Positions 43,156-55,586 of a DNA stretch of 64,000 nucleotides are shown here, one piece after another. Within the stretch, counting starts at the first letter, position 1, and each line of letters begins with the position of its first letter. This DNA comes from Geosiphon pyriformis uo1 (lineage: Eukaryota > Fungi > Glomeromycota). The position numbers and the translations under genes were made by a program. The stretch is taken from assembly GCA_016748015.1 (NCBI GenBank), contig JAAOMT010000057.1:452763-516762 (forward strand), read 5' to 3'. Below the pieces are notes generated by a model that ran no database searches, was not told where the DNA came from, and worked only from the letters and a program-made list of their open reading frames with translations.

Positions 43156-46100
43156 TATGCATTTGGGTATAATACCTTTATTATTATCACTGAACCATTT
43201 AAGTTCTTGCTTCTTAGTAAGGTCAGAAAACATGATATATTGTTTTGGATTTAAATTAGAGTTCAAACTATTGTTATTGTTATTGCCAATTTAAATGGAG
43301 CTAAAACCATTGTTTTCATTGTCATCATTGTTAGAATTTGAATTGAAATGAAATGTTGATTCTGGTTCTAATATACAGCTGCTAATTGGTTTTTTTTCTT
43401 CTGAGATCATGTAAATTATGCATGATGGTGAATTGTAGATAAGGTTACACTTATTACAATACTGAAAGTCATATGAAATCAAACAGTGGTCACATAATCA
43501 GGTGTTTATTTCTTCCAAGCACTATTTTTGCTCTTTTTTTGTTGGTGCCAAATTCCGGTAATGCTTGTAGAATTTCTTTGGATCTGTTTTAATATCTAAA
43601 AATGTGTTTAAATTGGGAATGAGAACAATATTAACTGGTTCTGGAGAATTGTTTTTTATCTCCAGGATTTTATTGGGTGAAGCATCTTCTATTTTGGCAT
43701 TGGTCATTTGCCAGATCTCATCTTTGTTGTGCAAATAACTGTCCAAGCAAGAGATTACTCAGTGCCATATGGCAGTAATAGATATGCCACAACTAATCCA
43801 GTTGCTTATGAAGATCGTGCACTGACATGAAGTGTCACATATTTCTCTTTGACCAAGAATGTTGTTCTATATTCCCTTATTAAGTAATTGTTTATTACAA
43901 GTGAGACATGGTTTGTTGTTCCACTTGTTCTGTCTTTTTGAATAGTCATAATATTTTCTATGGTATGACTTGCAATAATAATGTGTTCTGGTCTAATAGT
44001 CTTCATTAGATGCTATTCATGCTCTTATGGAGAATAGCTTCTTGTTGCAATCTTAACATTTGAGAAGAATATATGATGGCTTCTTGATGGGTTTGTGTAA
44101 GTATAATTGTTTTTAGCTACTAGTTATTTCTTCTATGGCTGTGGTTTCTTCAGGTTTGTCTTCTTCTTTTCCTTTTTCTTTGTTGTTCTAAGAAAGTATT
44201 GGTGGCAGTTTGTTGTGGTCAGTGTTAGTCCATAAGACTTGGTAGGCTTTTCAGATAGATTTGTTTTCTTCTTTTAAATGAATTAGCAGTGCTGGCATAG
44301 TGTGGGATTTGAAATAACTGCACATGACTGGTACCTAGATGTGATGTTTGTTCTGACTGAGTTGTAATTTCTAAGTAGTCCAATCAATTACAGTATTTGC
44401 TTTAATCAGCCAGTTATTTCCAACAAGAGCTTGGTATTGGGTGGCTTTTATAATTAGGACTTTAATAGGAATAGTAATGCCATTAACTTTAAAAAGGAAG
44501 TCATCAATTTTACTGATTGGAATTTTGGTTGTTTTATTAGCAGTGATAATTTTGGTGCTGGCAGTTTGATCAACTTGACAACCTAATTGGTCCATAAGTT
44601 GGTATGTAATGATGCTGCCTACTGAACCACTGTCCAAGATCAGTTTGATTAACTGACCATTGATCTTAGCATTGGTGTACATTGTGGTGATGAGTTTGGC
44701 ATCAAGAATGGCTTCACTAAAAAGAAGTACTTTGGTTGGTTCTTTGATTTTGAAGAGAAAAATTGCTGCTAATAATTTGTTGTTAGTGACAGTAGCTAGA
44801 GATATGTTACTGTTAATTATTTGTTTTGGAGTGCATTCTAAGTTGTTGAATGAGGTGTTTTCTGGAGTAACTAGTAGACTTAAATAGTTCTGGAAATTCG
44901 GATTTTAAATATATTTGGTTCTCAAACTTTGCAGTTGTAATTCTGAGAATTGGATTGAAAAACTGGAAATTAGTTGATGCATGATTATTGTTAATCTTCA
45001 GTTTTGTTGGGTATGGGTAACTCTTGGCCTTTGAGTTTTAGTGATTAATTAAGCTAAATTTGATGGCAGTGTTTGAATTTATTGGAATTAATAGATCACT
45101 TGGAACTGTGACTAATAGGTAGGTTGTGACTGTAGTTGATAAATTACAGGTGCTATAGGCTGATAAATTGGTGGTAAATACATTTACTACATCATTGGTG
45201 GGTAATAAAGTTGATAATAGTTCTGATTTGGGTGGTAATTTGGAATTTGAAATTGGTGATTAGGGTTTTGATATTGATTTCCTAATCATTGATTATTAAT
45301 TCTAGTGTGGTAATCAATCCTAATATGTCCTTGTTTATCACAATTGTGACAGATACATGTCTTTTGTTGCCACAATAGTCAAGTTGACAATGATATGAAA
45401 CATGACTGATTTTGGTAATAATTTCTAAGATTGTTATAACATTGTGACAGTTGATATATTGCCTGATTGTTGTTAGCTAAGTACTCTTCTAATTTCTAAT
45501 TGATTGAATCACTAAATTGTTTCAATTTAGAATCCAATTTAAATAATCTGTTTATTACTAGATTTACAGCTGGACATAGTTAGCTTCAAGTTTAGCTGAT
45601 TCAAAGTCTCTGGCATATGTAATTGCTGCTTACAAGTCAGCTAGATGTAATAAACATATATGTTAAAGGATACTACTGTGCAGACCATAAATAAACTGGT
45701 TCAAAATTTGTGGTGCTGTGAAATAGTTGACATTGATTGCTTGGATTTGGCACAGATTTCTATGAAAACATCCTAAGTAAGTGATAACTGCTTTAGTGTC
45801 TCCTTATTTTATAGTGGTGAAGGTATTAACCAAGTGGTTAATCCTGTTATTATTACTAAAATATCTTAGAAATTTTAGCTTAAATGTGTCGAAAGTTTGG
45901 GGTTTTTGAACCAAACTTTAATATCACGAGTTGGCAGTATTCTATAGAAAATAGAGAATGGCTTGTAGTGTTCTGGTGTCATTCCATCTATTGGCTGTAA
46001 TGGTTTTTTTTATGTTGTTGAGTCATACTTGGGTATTGTCTTCTTTGCCAGTAAATTTTTCTATTTTGGCAATTGAAACATAAGCTATTTGTACTGCAAT

Positions 46101-47034
46101 TTGTTGTGGTTGTTATGGTGGTTGTTAAAGTAGTTGCTGATGTTGTATTGGCTGTTGTAGTGATATAGCAACTGGTAGTGAATCAATTACAAGTTTTGGA
46201 GGTAAGTTTTGCTGAGTAACAATGTTGAGGTTTGGATTGTTCTAATTTTACTGAGTTTAATCAATCAGAGTTTGATTTTCTGGGTTTTCTGAAATTAAAT
46301 TTTGATAATTAAATTTCTGATCTTCATTTTTTTCTTCTTCTGATTCCATCACTTCTTAAAAACTCATGGCTCTGAAATTTGGTTGAGATAACAGTAATCA
46401 AAATCCTGATGGTGTTAGTGATCACAATTTAAATCCTTCAAAATAATCATTATAGGTTCCTAACAATTCTGCTTTCTTTTGTTTACTTTAAAATGGAAGT
46501 TAGACTAATGATGATTTTGCATTTGAGGTGGACATGCCTAGTGATGAAATATTGATAGTACTTCTAAGTTGGTGATTCTACTCTTGTTTTTTTCCAAGTA
46601 GGTGATTGTATTTTTTGAAGTGTTATCATTGGTGTTTGTAGTTTTTTTTTGCCTTTGTTTGCATAAGTAATTGGATATTTTTGTTGAGTGTGATTTTCAA
46701 TTTCTCTATTGATTTCAATAAGGATTGCTGTGAAATTATAATTTGCTAGTAGGCTAGTATTTTGAATTAATTTGTTGTAAAAATTTCCTCTTGCTGAGTT
46801 GGTTTCTACTAATACTCTTAGCAAATATGAGATTCTCTTATTAATATAAAAATTGAAGGCAGATTTTACTGATAGGTAATTGTTGGTTAATTTCAAGTGT
46901 TAACAATAATACTGAAATAAAGATTTGGCAAATCCTAAATAATTTGTTCTTATTCTTTCTGGTTTTGCCACTTTTGAATGGTTGTGTATTGGTGCTGGTT
47001 TTTTGTAGAATTATATCTCACAGAAAGCACTAAA

Positions 47035-47879
47035 TGTTACAGGTGATTATTTGGGGTCTTAAATCAAATAACAAATCTGTAACTTAGTGCTCAATAGTTG
47101 AATTATGTTGGTAATATCTGAAGATTGTTTATATCTAAAAGTTTTGGTTGAGTTCTTTGTATAATGAACAGAGATTCAATAGTTGTTTTCAGTAGTCTTT
47201 CAGAATCACAATTCTGTTAATTCTTTTCTTGGCTTGGTGGCCAGCAATCTTCTGGTAAGTAATCCTTAAATTCAAGTGTCTACTTTTTTGTAAAAGTCTT
47301 TTACTAGGCAATTCTTGATGTCAATAACTTAGTATTTAATTTTTAATCAATTAATAAACAACAAAGAAATAAAATACAAAAGAAAATTAAAGAAAATAAA
47401 ATGTAAACCAAGGTAATAAAGTTAATATCCTATCAATAGCTATGATTAAGAGCTATTGTTCCAGTATGGTTAAGTATCAACAGTTATTAACATGAAGTAT
47501 TAATAGTCAGAGTCTGATAAATATTTTTTAATCATATGATAGCAACATGAATTAGATGTGGATAAGTATTTTATTGATATTTTGATGATTTCACTTCAGT
47601 AGATACAAACTATCTAAGAAGTAATTAGTAAATAAATAGGAAAAGAAATTCAAACTAAAAGGTTTTGGTTCTGATTCTGTTTTTTCTGCTTTTAATGCTC
47701 TTGCTATATATACATAATTTAGGTTCTACAGAATCACTCACATTCCCAAGTAATGTGCTATAATTTTTTAAGCAATGCTTACATTGCTAAACAATGTGCT
47801 TACATGCTAATTACTACTCTCCTATTGGTCTATTTGTTTTTTTACTATTTTTTTTTATATGTTTTCTTTATGAATAACA
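47035..47879 (-). repeat. 5' LTR of A (845 bp, 2 palindromic units)
   Basis: TG...CA termini; followed on the minus strand by the PBS TT-TAGTGCTTTCTGTGAG. Confidence 0.92.
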
Positions 47880-50717
47880 CTAATATTGTTAGCTGTTGTT
47901 CTATGATTGTTTTTTAATGTTTCTATATGCTGATATGTTTTTTGGTATAAAGTAGTTTCAAAATTTTTTTTGGTATTGTTTTTGTTAAAAAAAAAGATAT
48001 TTTTTATTTAATAGATAGAGTAGTTTTTTTTTATAGATTAGTTTGAATAGTGTAAACTGGGTAATATTTTGCTTTAATATTTGGTATATAAATAATACAG
48101 AAAGTATAAATAAGTCTTATTCTTACACATTTTTATAACTTAATTTTGCTAATGTTTTATACAGTGTTTAGTTAAATTGTTTTACCAGTTTATTTGTTTG
48201 TAGGTGATAAAATAACAATAAGAGTTGTTTTATTCCAAACTATTAGCTTAGTTCAGTTAGTGTACTATTGATAAAATATATTTCTTGGTTGAATAACAAT
48301 TCTTTTAAACATCTATGATGGCAAATTAGATCTTAGTATACAAACTTAGCTACTGTTTTAGCATCAACTACTTGGATCACTCTGGCTTCTGGCCACTTGG
48401 TAAGATAATTTACAACTACAGCTATGTAACAATTTTCCTTGAATGTAATTAAAAAAAGACCAACCAAATCAATCTTTATTTTATCAAATAAATTTCCAAC
48501 TAGAATAGATCAAAATAGTTCCATTGTTCTGGTTTCTCTTTTTTATTGGCATGAATTATTGTTAAGAACATATTCAAAAATGTTTTTATATATTATTGGC
48601 CAATAGTATAGATTTGTGGTTTTTTCTAGAATAGTGTTTTTATTGAAGTGTTTTGCAGTTGGGTCAAAATACATACTATGCAAAACAGTTTCTTTTTTAT
48701 TGTTTTTTATAATTTGTTGTGGAATAATATAATTTTAGCATTCTTGATAGTATAATTGGTTGTTCTAAATAAAGTAATTACAAGCTTGTTTCTATATACT
48801 ACTTTGTTTTTGTTAAGATAATAGCTCCTTGAACTGAAAAGTTAATAAATACTAATGTAATCACTAATAGGTAGTTGTATCTATGAATTTAAAATTAGAT
48901 TTGTATTATCTTTGATAAACTGTTGGCATTAGTGTTTTTGAATTCTTTTTTATAATGAACTTTGTATGAGAATTGTTGCAGATAAGTATTCTATTATGTA
49001 TATCTTCCTTCTAGTTGTGGTTTACTGAATAACCAAATAAGTCTCTTATAATTAGTATATAGGTTAAATAGTTGGCAAAGATAGTGTCTCCAATTTTGTA
49101 CTGCTTAGTAGATAGCAAAACATTCTAAATTTGTTATGTTATATATTTTCTTTACTGCACTAATACTGTGATTGGCATAGACAATTAGATGCTCTCTATT
49201 GTCTGATTTAATTTGTAACAGAATGGCTTTTAATGCATTTTTTAAGATGTCTGTAGCAATGATGAAATGTTTATTAAAATTTAAATAAATCAATATTGGT
49301 GTTTTTATTAAGCACTATTTAAAATAATTAAACACTTTTTGTTGTTTTTTTTTTATAAGTACAGAACATATTTCAAAAGTAAATGATAAAAAAATTTTGC
49401 AATGTCAGAGAAGCCTTTGACAAATCAACAATAATATCTTGTCAGTCTTAAAAATTCTTGTAATTCTTGCAGATTAATTAGAACCAGAAAATTTTTAACT
49501 TTCTGAACTTTATTTGGATTAAGTTTTACTTTGTTTTTGCCTATTACATGTCTCAGAAATTTAAGTTCAGTCTTTTCAAAAAAACATTTGTCAGAATTAA
49601 GTTTTAGTTTAATGTTATAAAGATAATTAAAGACTTGTTAGAAATAGAGCAAGTAGTTGTTAAATGCTTTAAAAAATACATTGGTGTTATTCAAATATAT
49701 TATGACTGATTTCCAAAAAATTTTCTTGTACACAATATTTATAAGATGCTAAAAAATAGCAGAAGTATTGCAAAGTCCAAAGAGTATTATATTGAATTCA
49801 AAATTTTTGTTTTGTGTAGTAAATATTATTTTTTTTGTCTTTGGAGTTTATTTTGACTTGCCAATATTCACTGGCTAGATCCAAAGATAAAAACCATTTC
49901 TTATTTTTCAAATTATTCAGAATTTTTTGAATCAAGAAAGTAAAATAATTATTCTTTTAAATAATACTATTTAACTTTTAGTAGTTTATGCAAAACTGTA
50001 TTTTCCCATTTTTTTTGATGGCCAATATGACTGGAGAAAACCAAAGGCTTAACAATTTTTTGATTAACTTATTATTTAATATTAATTATACTTTTTGTTT
50101 AATCAGATTATTGTTTGCTGGAGTTACTTGATAGATTTATTGTTTAATAGATTATACATCTTTTATGTCAATCTGAGTTTTATAATATCAGTATATTCAA
50201 ATTTATTTTTACTGGTAAAAACATTGGTGTATTGATTCAAGAAAATTTTGATTTATATTTATTGGAGTATACTTAAGTTTCTTAAATTTAGTTTAGTAAT
50301 TTTTTTAGATGTAAACAAATAATTTTCTTTTGGCAGGTTTCATACTTGTAAAGTAATATCACAAAATAAAAACAGTTGTACAAAGTTCAAAATAGGCTGT
50401 GGTTTCTCAGAATTCTGAATGTTGGAAGAAATGAAGCCAACAAAAATTCTTTCAGAAATTTCAATAACATTTTTAGTAAGGTTGTAAATAAAAATTTTAA
50501 AATTTTTATGAGCCATAATAGAGATATATAGGTTAGCAATATCAGGTAGGCAACAGATTTCTAGATTGGCTTTAAATAATAAAACTTAGTCTTAGATCTT
50601 TCAATTCACCTTAAAAATATACTGTTAATATAGAAAAATAAAGATGACTGTATTAGTGTAGATGAATTCTATTTTGTTACTGTCTTTTTTTACAAAATTA
50701 ATTAGTACATTCTCTTT

Positions 50718-51092
50718 TCCACTTAATTTAAACCCATTAATATCTTTGGTAGTAAAATCTAGTTTTTTGTGTGATGTAACTGGGATTAATTGTGATATTT
50801 TTACAAAAAGTAGGAAAATAGCTTGAGCAATCTTTTTTTGTGATTTAATTGTATAGAGTTTATTGAAATTGTTTTATAGTATAATAATGATGTTTTCTAT
50901 ATATTTGGCATTAATAATTATTCCTTTTATGTTGATTTTTTTTACAAGACTTGACTGTGAGACAACTTAAATCATATTATTAACAAAAATTTTTAAAGCT
51001 ATTTTGAGATCTATTTTTACAAGAGAGTATAAAGTTATAACTACAGAGAATTGTCTGAAGTATCTTAAATCAAATCCAGCATTGTTTTCATG
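50718..51092 (-). pseudogene. dUTPase domain of element B pol
   Basis: HENNAGFDLRY / SQSSLVKK / KGIIINAKYIENI / KKIAQAIF / KDINGFKLSG. Confidence 0.82.
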
Positions 51093-51809
51093 TGTTTTTT
51101 CAAAGCAAATTTCTTTATTGTCATTACTATATTATTTCAATTCTAATTTCTTAAAGAGATTAGAGTAGATAAAATACTGTTCTATTTTGGTAGTATTATT
51201 TGGCTTTTAAAATAACATGTTCTTAGCATCAAACTTATATTATTCTTCTGGTTTTAATAGTTTAATAATAGAGTATAGTGTTCTTGAAGGTAAATTAAAT
51301 ACGAAATTACACTTATTACAGTATTGAAAATAACAAAAAATCAAGCAATAACCACACAGTTTTGTATTAAGATCTGCAAGTCTCTGTTTTTGTTCTTTTT
51401 AGATTAGAGCCAGTTCTTAATATTAGTTTTAGAATGCTTTGGAATCATTTGTAAATATGTTGTTTATTTCTTTAATTGTTACTAAGACATTTTTTATAAT
51501 ATGTATTTTCTTAATAATGGCTTCTTTTCATTTGGCTGTGACTATTTTCTAAATTTTTTTTTTATTATGGGGCCATAAATCCAGTCAGTTTATTATTTAA
51601 CTATATGCTGTTGTAAATGGAATGTTTTTTTTGGTTCAGTTATTTATTAGGATAGTGTATTGACACAATTCATTACTGTTACTTATAGAAATTAAGAATA
51701 TTATAGTTAAAGAAATAGCCAATCAGAAGTAAGCATAATAATAAAAAAATTGTAAAATTCCAGAATTCCAGAATTCCAAAAATTTTATATAATATTAATT
51801 ATATATATA

Positions 51810-53164
51810 CAGAGGGGTATAAAAAGTATTGGATACTTAATATAATATATAAAAAAGGCTATATATTATAATACCATTACCAATTTAAGCCATAATTTTT
51901 TTTATAATTACTTATAGTTATAATCTACAAATCAACATAAATCATGTCTTTGTAAAACACAATAGTGGATTATATGCATATATATAAAATATCAAACATT
52001 TTTGTTATAAAAAAATTTACCACATCAAATGTGTCTTGGAAAAGAACTTTCTGAATACCAAAAAGGAGGAATTATTTCAGCAATAAAGTTAGGACATACA
52101 AACAGTGAGATTTTCATGACTATTGGATGTTTACATTCTTCTGTAATACATGTATAGAAGTCATACGAGCTAAAAAAACTTCCTAAAAAATGAATGGGCC
52201 AACCACAAATTTTTAACAAATGTGCACATGAACAACTCAAATATTCAATAATGGAGAATAAAGAAACCTGCCACCAAACTTTTTCTCAAATACGATTGAA
52301 TTTTATTAAAGATACCAACAAATCTATTTCTATACAAACTATTTGAAATGGATTAGCTCAAGAAGAACTTCACTCGTGCATTTCTCGTTTCAAGCCATTA
52401 ATTTTCAAATTAAATAAAGAAAAATGTTTACAATGGGCTTGTACTTATGAAAATTGGACAGTAGAAGATTTTAAATGAGTTGTTTGGTCAGATGAATCTA
52501 CATATACACAATTTAGGACTACAGAATTTGGATGTGTATGGCATAAACCTTCCGAAGACTTTCATAAGAATTGTATTGTGGCCACAGTTAGAAAAAGCTT
52601 TGGTCACATGTTTTGGAGATGTTTTTCATGGGTTGGTTTAGATCTTTTAGTTCCTTTGGTTGGTCATATTACTGGAGTTATACACCACGAAACCTTGGCT
52701 AATTATGCAATTCCTACGGTAAAACTTTATGCAAAAAAAACTAAAAAAAATTTTTTTTTCCAGGAAGACAATGCATCAATCCACACATTAAAAGTCACAC
52801 ATTCTTTTCTTACCTCTTCAAATGTTGAATTACTTCCTTGGCCAGCACAAAGTCCTGATATTACTTCAATAGAAAATCTTTGGTCATATATTGAAGTTAA
52901 AATTTGTCAACATAATTTACAACCCTCAAATATTGTACAATTGGAACAGTGGGTTAAGGAAGAATGGAATGCAATACTTGTAAATTACTATCGTAATTTG
53001 ATCAAGTCTATACTATGTCGAGTTCAAGCTATTTTTAAAGCAAATAGAGGTCAAACAAAATACTAACATGTATTTTAATATAATAATAAAAAATTAATAA
53101 TTCATAAGTTAGTTCTTTTATATAACATATTATAAAAGTGTCCAATACTTTTTATACCCCCCTG
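51810..53164 (+). mobile_element. Tc1/mariner DNA transposon, 1355 bp, 29-bp TIRs, TA TSD
   Basis: Left TIR CAGAGGGGTATAAAAAGTATTGGATACTT (51810-51838) matches the reverse complement of 53136-53164 with 2 mismatches. TA at 51808-51809 and 53165-53166. Confidence 0.97.
52029..53066 (+). pseudogene. Tc1-family DD34E transposase (345 codons, 4 in-frame stops, no frameshift)
   Basis: HTH start KELSEYQKGGII, then WSDES, FQEDNASIH and WPAQSPDITSIENLW; 34 residues between the second D and E. Confidence 0.95.
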
Positions 53165-54011
53165 TATAACAGTAGCATTAGAAGTAAGAAAAAGCAAAAT
53201 CTAGTTCCAGTTAGTATTTCCTTTTTTATCTATTAATTAACCTTTACTTCATGGATAATTAATATCAACTGAAGTAAATTTATTATCCCATATTAAATAA
53301 AACATATTTGTTATTATCTAATCTATGCTGTTATTATTTGATTGAGAATATTAATTCATCTTTTATTATTAACACTTTATGTTAACAATATCCAATACTT
53401 AACTATACTGAAACAATAATTCTTAATTATGACTATTGATGGAATACTAATCTTTTATTTTTTTATTTATTTTTTATTTTTTTTATTTGTTTTATTTTGT
53501 GTTTGTTGATTTATTAATTGATTAAAAGATTAACGTGTGAAATACTGACATCAAGATATAGCACTAATAAAAAACTCAAAAATAAAGCTAAACATTCGGA
53601 ATTAAGAATAGCTTATCAAGAAATACTGGCCACCAAGCTGAGAAAAAAATTGATGGAATATATATTCTGAGAAGTGACAGATACCAAAATATACCAATTT
53701 GAAGATTGGAAAAGAAATTAAAACAAAACATCACAAAAAATATTACCATTGAATCTCTGTTTATTATACAAAAGATTCAACCAAAATCTTCAAATATTAC
53801 TAATACTATTCAATTATTAAGCACCAAGTTATGGGTTTGTTATTTGTTTTTATACCCTAAATAATCATCTGTAATATTTGGTGCTTTCTGTGAGATATAA
53901 TTCAACAGAGAACCAACACCAGCAACAACCATGCAGGAAAGTGGCAGACCAAGAGAAAACAAGGGAAAATCACTTAGGATTTGCGAAATCCTTATTTTAC
54001 TATTACCTTTG

Positions 54012-54810
54012 AAAAACTCATTAAATTAAAACTCTGATTATTCAAGACCCAATCATTAAAACCCCAACCATTTGAAACGTACCATTGATAAATTTGTTAA
54101 AAACTCATTAAAATTAAAACTCCGATTATTTAAAACCCAATCATTAAAACTCTGAACATTCGAAAATTACTGTTGAGAAATTCGTTAAAACTTGTTAAAT
54201 TAAAACTCTGATTATTCAAAATCTGATCATTAAAACCCTAAACATTCGAAACTTACCATTGATAAATTCATTAAACTTTATTAAATTAAGAACTCTAATT
54301 ATTCAAAACCCAATCATTAAAACTCCGAACATTCGAAAATTACTGTTAATAAATTCATTAAAAATTTGTTAAATTAAAACTCCATTTATTCAAAACCCAA
54401 TCATTAAAACCCCAAACATTCGAAACTTACTATTGATAAATTTGTTAAAAATTTGTTAAATTAAAACTCCAATTATTCAAAACCTGATCATTAAAACCCC
54501 AAACATTTGAAACTTACCATTAATAAATTCATTAAAAACTTATTAAATTAAAACTCCAATTATTCAAGACCTAATTATTAAAACCCCAAACATTTGAAAT
54601 GTACCATTGATAAATTTGTTAAAAACTTGTTAAATTAAAACTCTGTTTATTCAAAATCCAATTGTTAAAACCCCAAACATTCGAAACTTACCTTTGATAG
54701 ATTTGTTAAAAAAACTTGTTAAATTAAAACTCTGATTATTCAAGACCTGATTATTAAAACTCCAATTATTTAAGACCCAATTGTTAAAAAACCCAAACAT
54801 TTGAAACCTG
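54012..54810. repeat. ~87-bp tandem minisatellite, ~9 copies
   Basis: The anchor ACATT(C/T)GAAA recurs at 54068, 54156, 54242, 54329, 54416, 54503, 54590, 54677 and 54797. Confidence 0.93.
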
Positions 54811-55113
54811 ATAATTCCAACCCTGCTATCATACAAAGAAACTTACTGTCGATAAAACTCATTAAACTTTTAGCAATTCAAACTCTGAGAATTATTCAAA
54901 AATCCGAACATTCAAAGTCTGATAAATTCCAAACACCACTATCATACAAAGAAACTTACCTAATTCCCACAGTACCAATAAATCAGAAAAATCCACCTGA
55001 CAGCCCTAAGTCAGAATATTGGGATGTAGTTACAATCCACTTCCATGTGTCATATATTTGAAGAAGAGCCAATCAGTGAGAACAAATAGGAATCGGAATC
55101 AGAACTTAATCCC

Positions 55114-55303
55114 AATTCAAACTCCACTGATAACAGCAATGATTCAAACACTACTAATGACAGCAACAATTCAAACTTCGCTAATGACAACAATGATTCA
55201 AACTCTGCTAATGACAACAACAATTCAAACTCCACTAATGACAACAACAATTCAAACTTCACTAATAACAATAACAATTCAAACTCTGCCAACAACAAAT
55301 TCA
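55114..55303. repeat. 27-bp tandem repeat, ~7 copies (ATTCAAACTCCACTAATGACAACAACA)
   Basis: Gives the 9-aa periodicity IQTxLMTTT seen in ORF 55019-55462. Confidence 0.9.
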
Positions 55304-55586
55304 AACTCCACTTCAAACACTGAACAATATATCATGCTTCTAGATCTTATAATGGAGCAGAAATTAACTAAATTCAGTAATAATAATGAGAGCATTATGT
55401 CTAAACATACACATAATACAGATGCAAGATTTGAAATTAATATTTTGGACAGACTGCTATAGTTAAAAACCCCAGTCATGTATAAAATTAGATTTACAAA
55501 TAGCAATAAAAATTACAGCAACAACATTAATACAAAAGAGAAATTTAGAAAATTTTGCAGAAGCTTAATATTAAAGAAAGAAATAA

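Larger units (their letters stand above)
37907..47879 (-). mobile_element. Full-length Ty3/Gypsy element A (9973 bp), TSD CTAA, decayed ORFs
   Basis: LTRs 37907-38832 and 47035-47879; CTAA at 37903-37906 and 47880-47883; PBS 47017-47034; PPT 38833-38846. Gag with CCHC at ~45310-45360, PR LILDSGS at ~44630, dUTPase, RT YLDN at ~41745, RH, and IN core 40160-40549. Confidence 0.95.
34957..51676 (-). mobile_element. Ty3/Gypsy element B (dUTPase-bearing, decayed): 3' LTR, ORF3 region, IN, RH, RT, dUTPase, Cys-rich region; hosts a solo LTR and element A; interrupted at 51676
   Basis: Removing A (TSD CTAA) rejoins the IN C-terminal text ..TTANNISKTQK..IEFKIRDHILLHCTKT. IN NYLTKWPEARVI lies at ~48400, RH IIATD at ~49260, RT YLNN at ~49690 and dUTPase NAGFDLRY at ~51070. 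Confidence 0.85.
51677..53876 (+). repeat. 5' LTR (family 1, TTCCAGAA subtype; ~843 bp without the insert), interrupted by Tc1 and followed by PBS 53877-53894
   Basis: TGTTACTTATAGAAA...ATCTGTAATA, then TTTGGTGCTTTCTGTGAG; homologous to the solo LTR 36127-36941. Confidence 0.88.

Noticed and set aside
52160-52480. Stop-codon reassignment to explain in-frame stops in TE ORFs
   Set aside because: Host genes terminate normally at TAA. TE stops differ between copies and are one transition away from sense codons.
54012-54810. 87-bp array as a CRISPR array or repeat-protein gene
   Set aside because: Whole units repeat with no unique spacers, and the reading frames contain stops.
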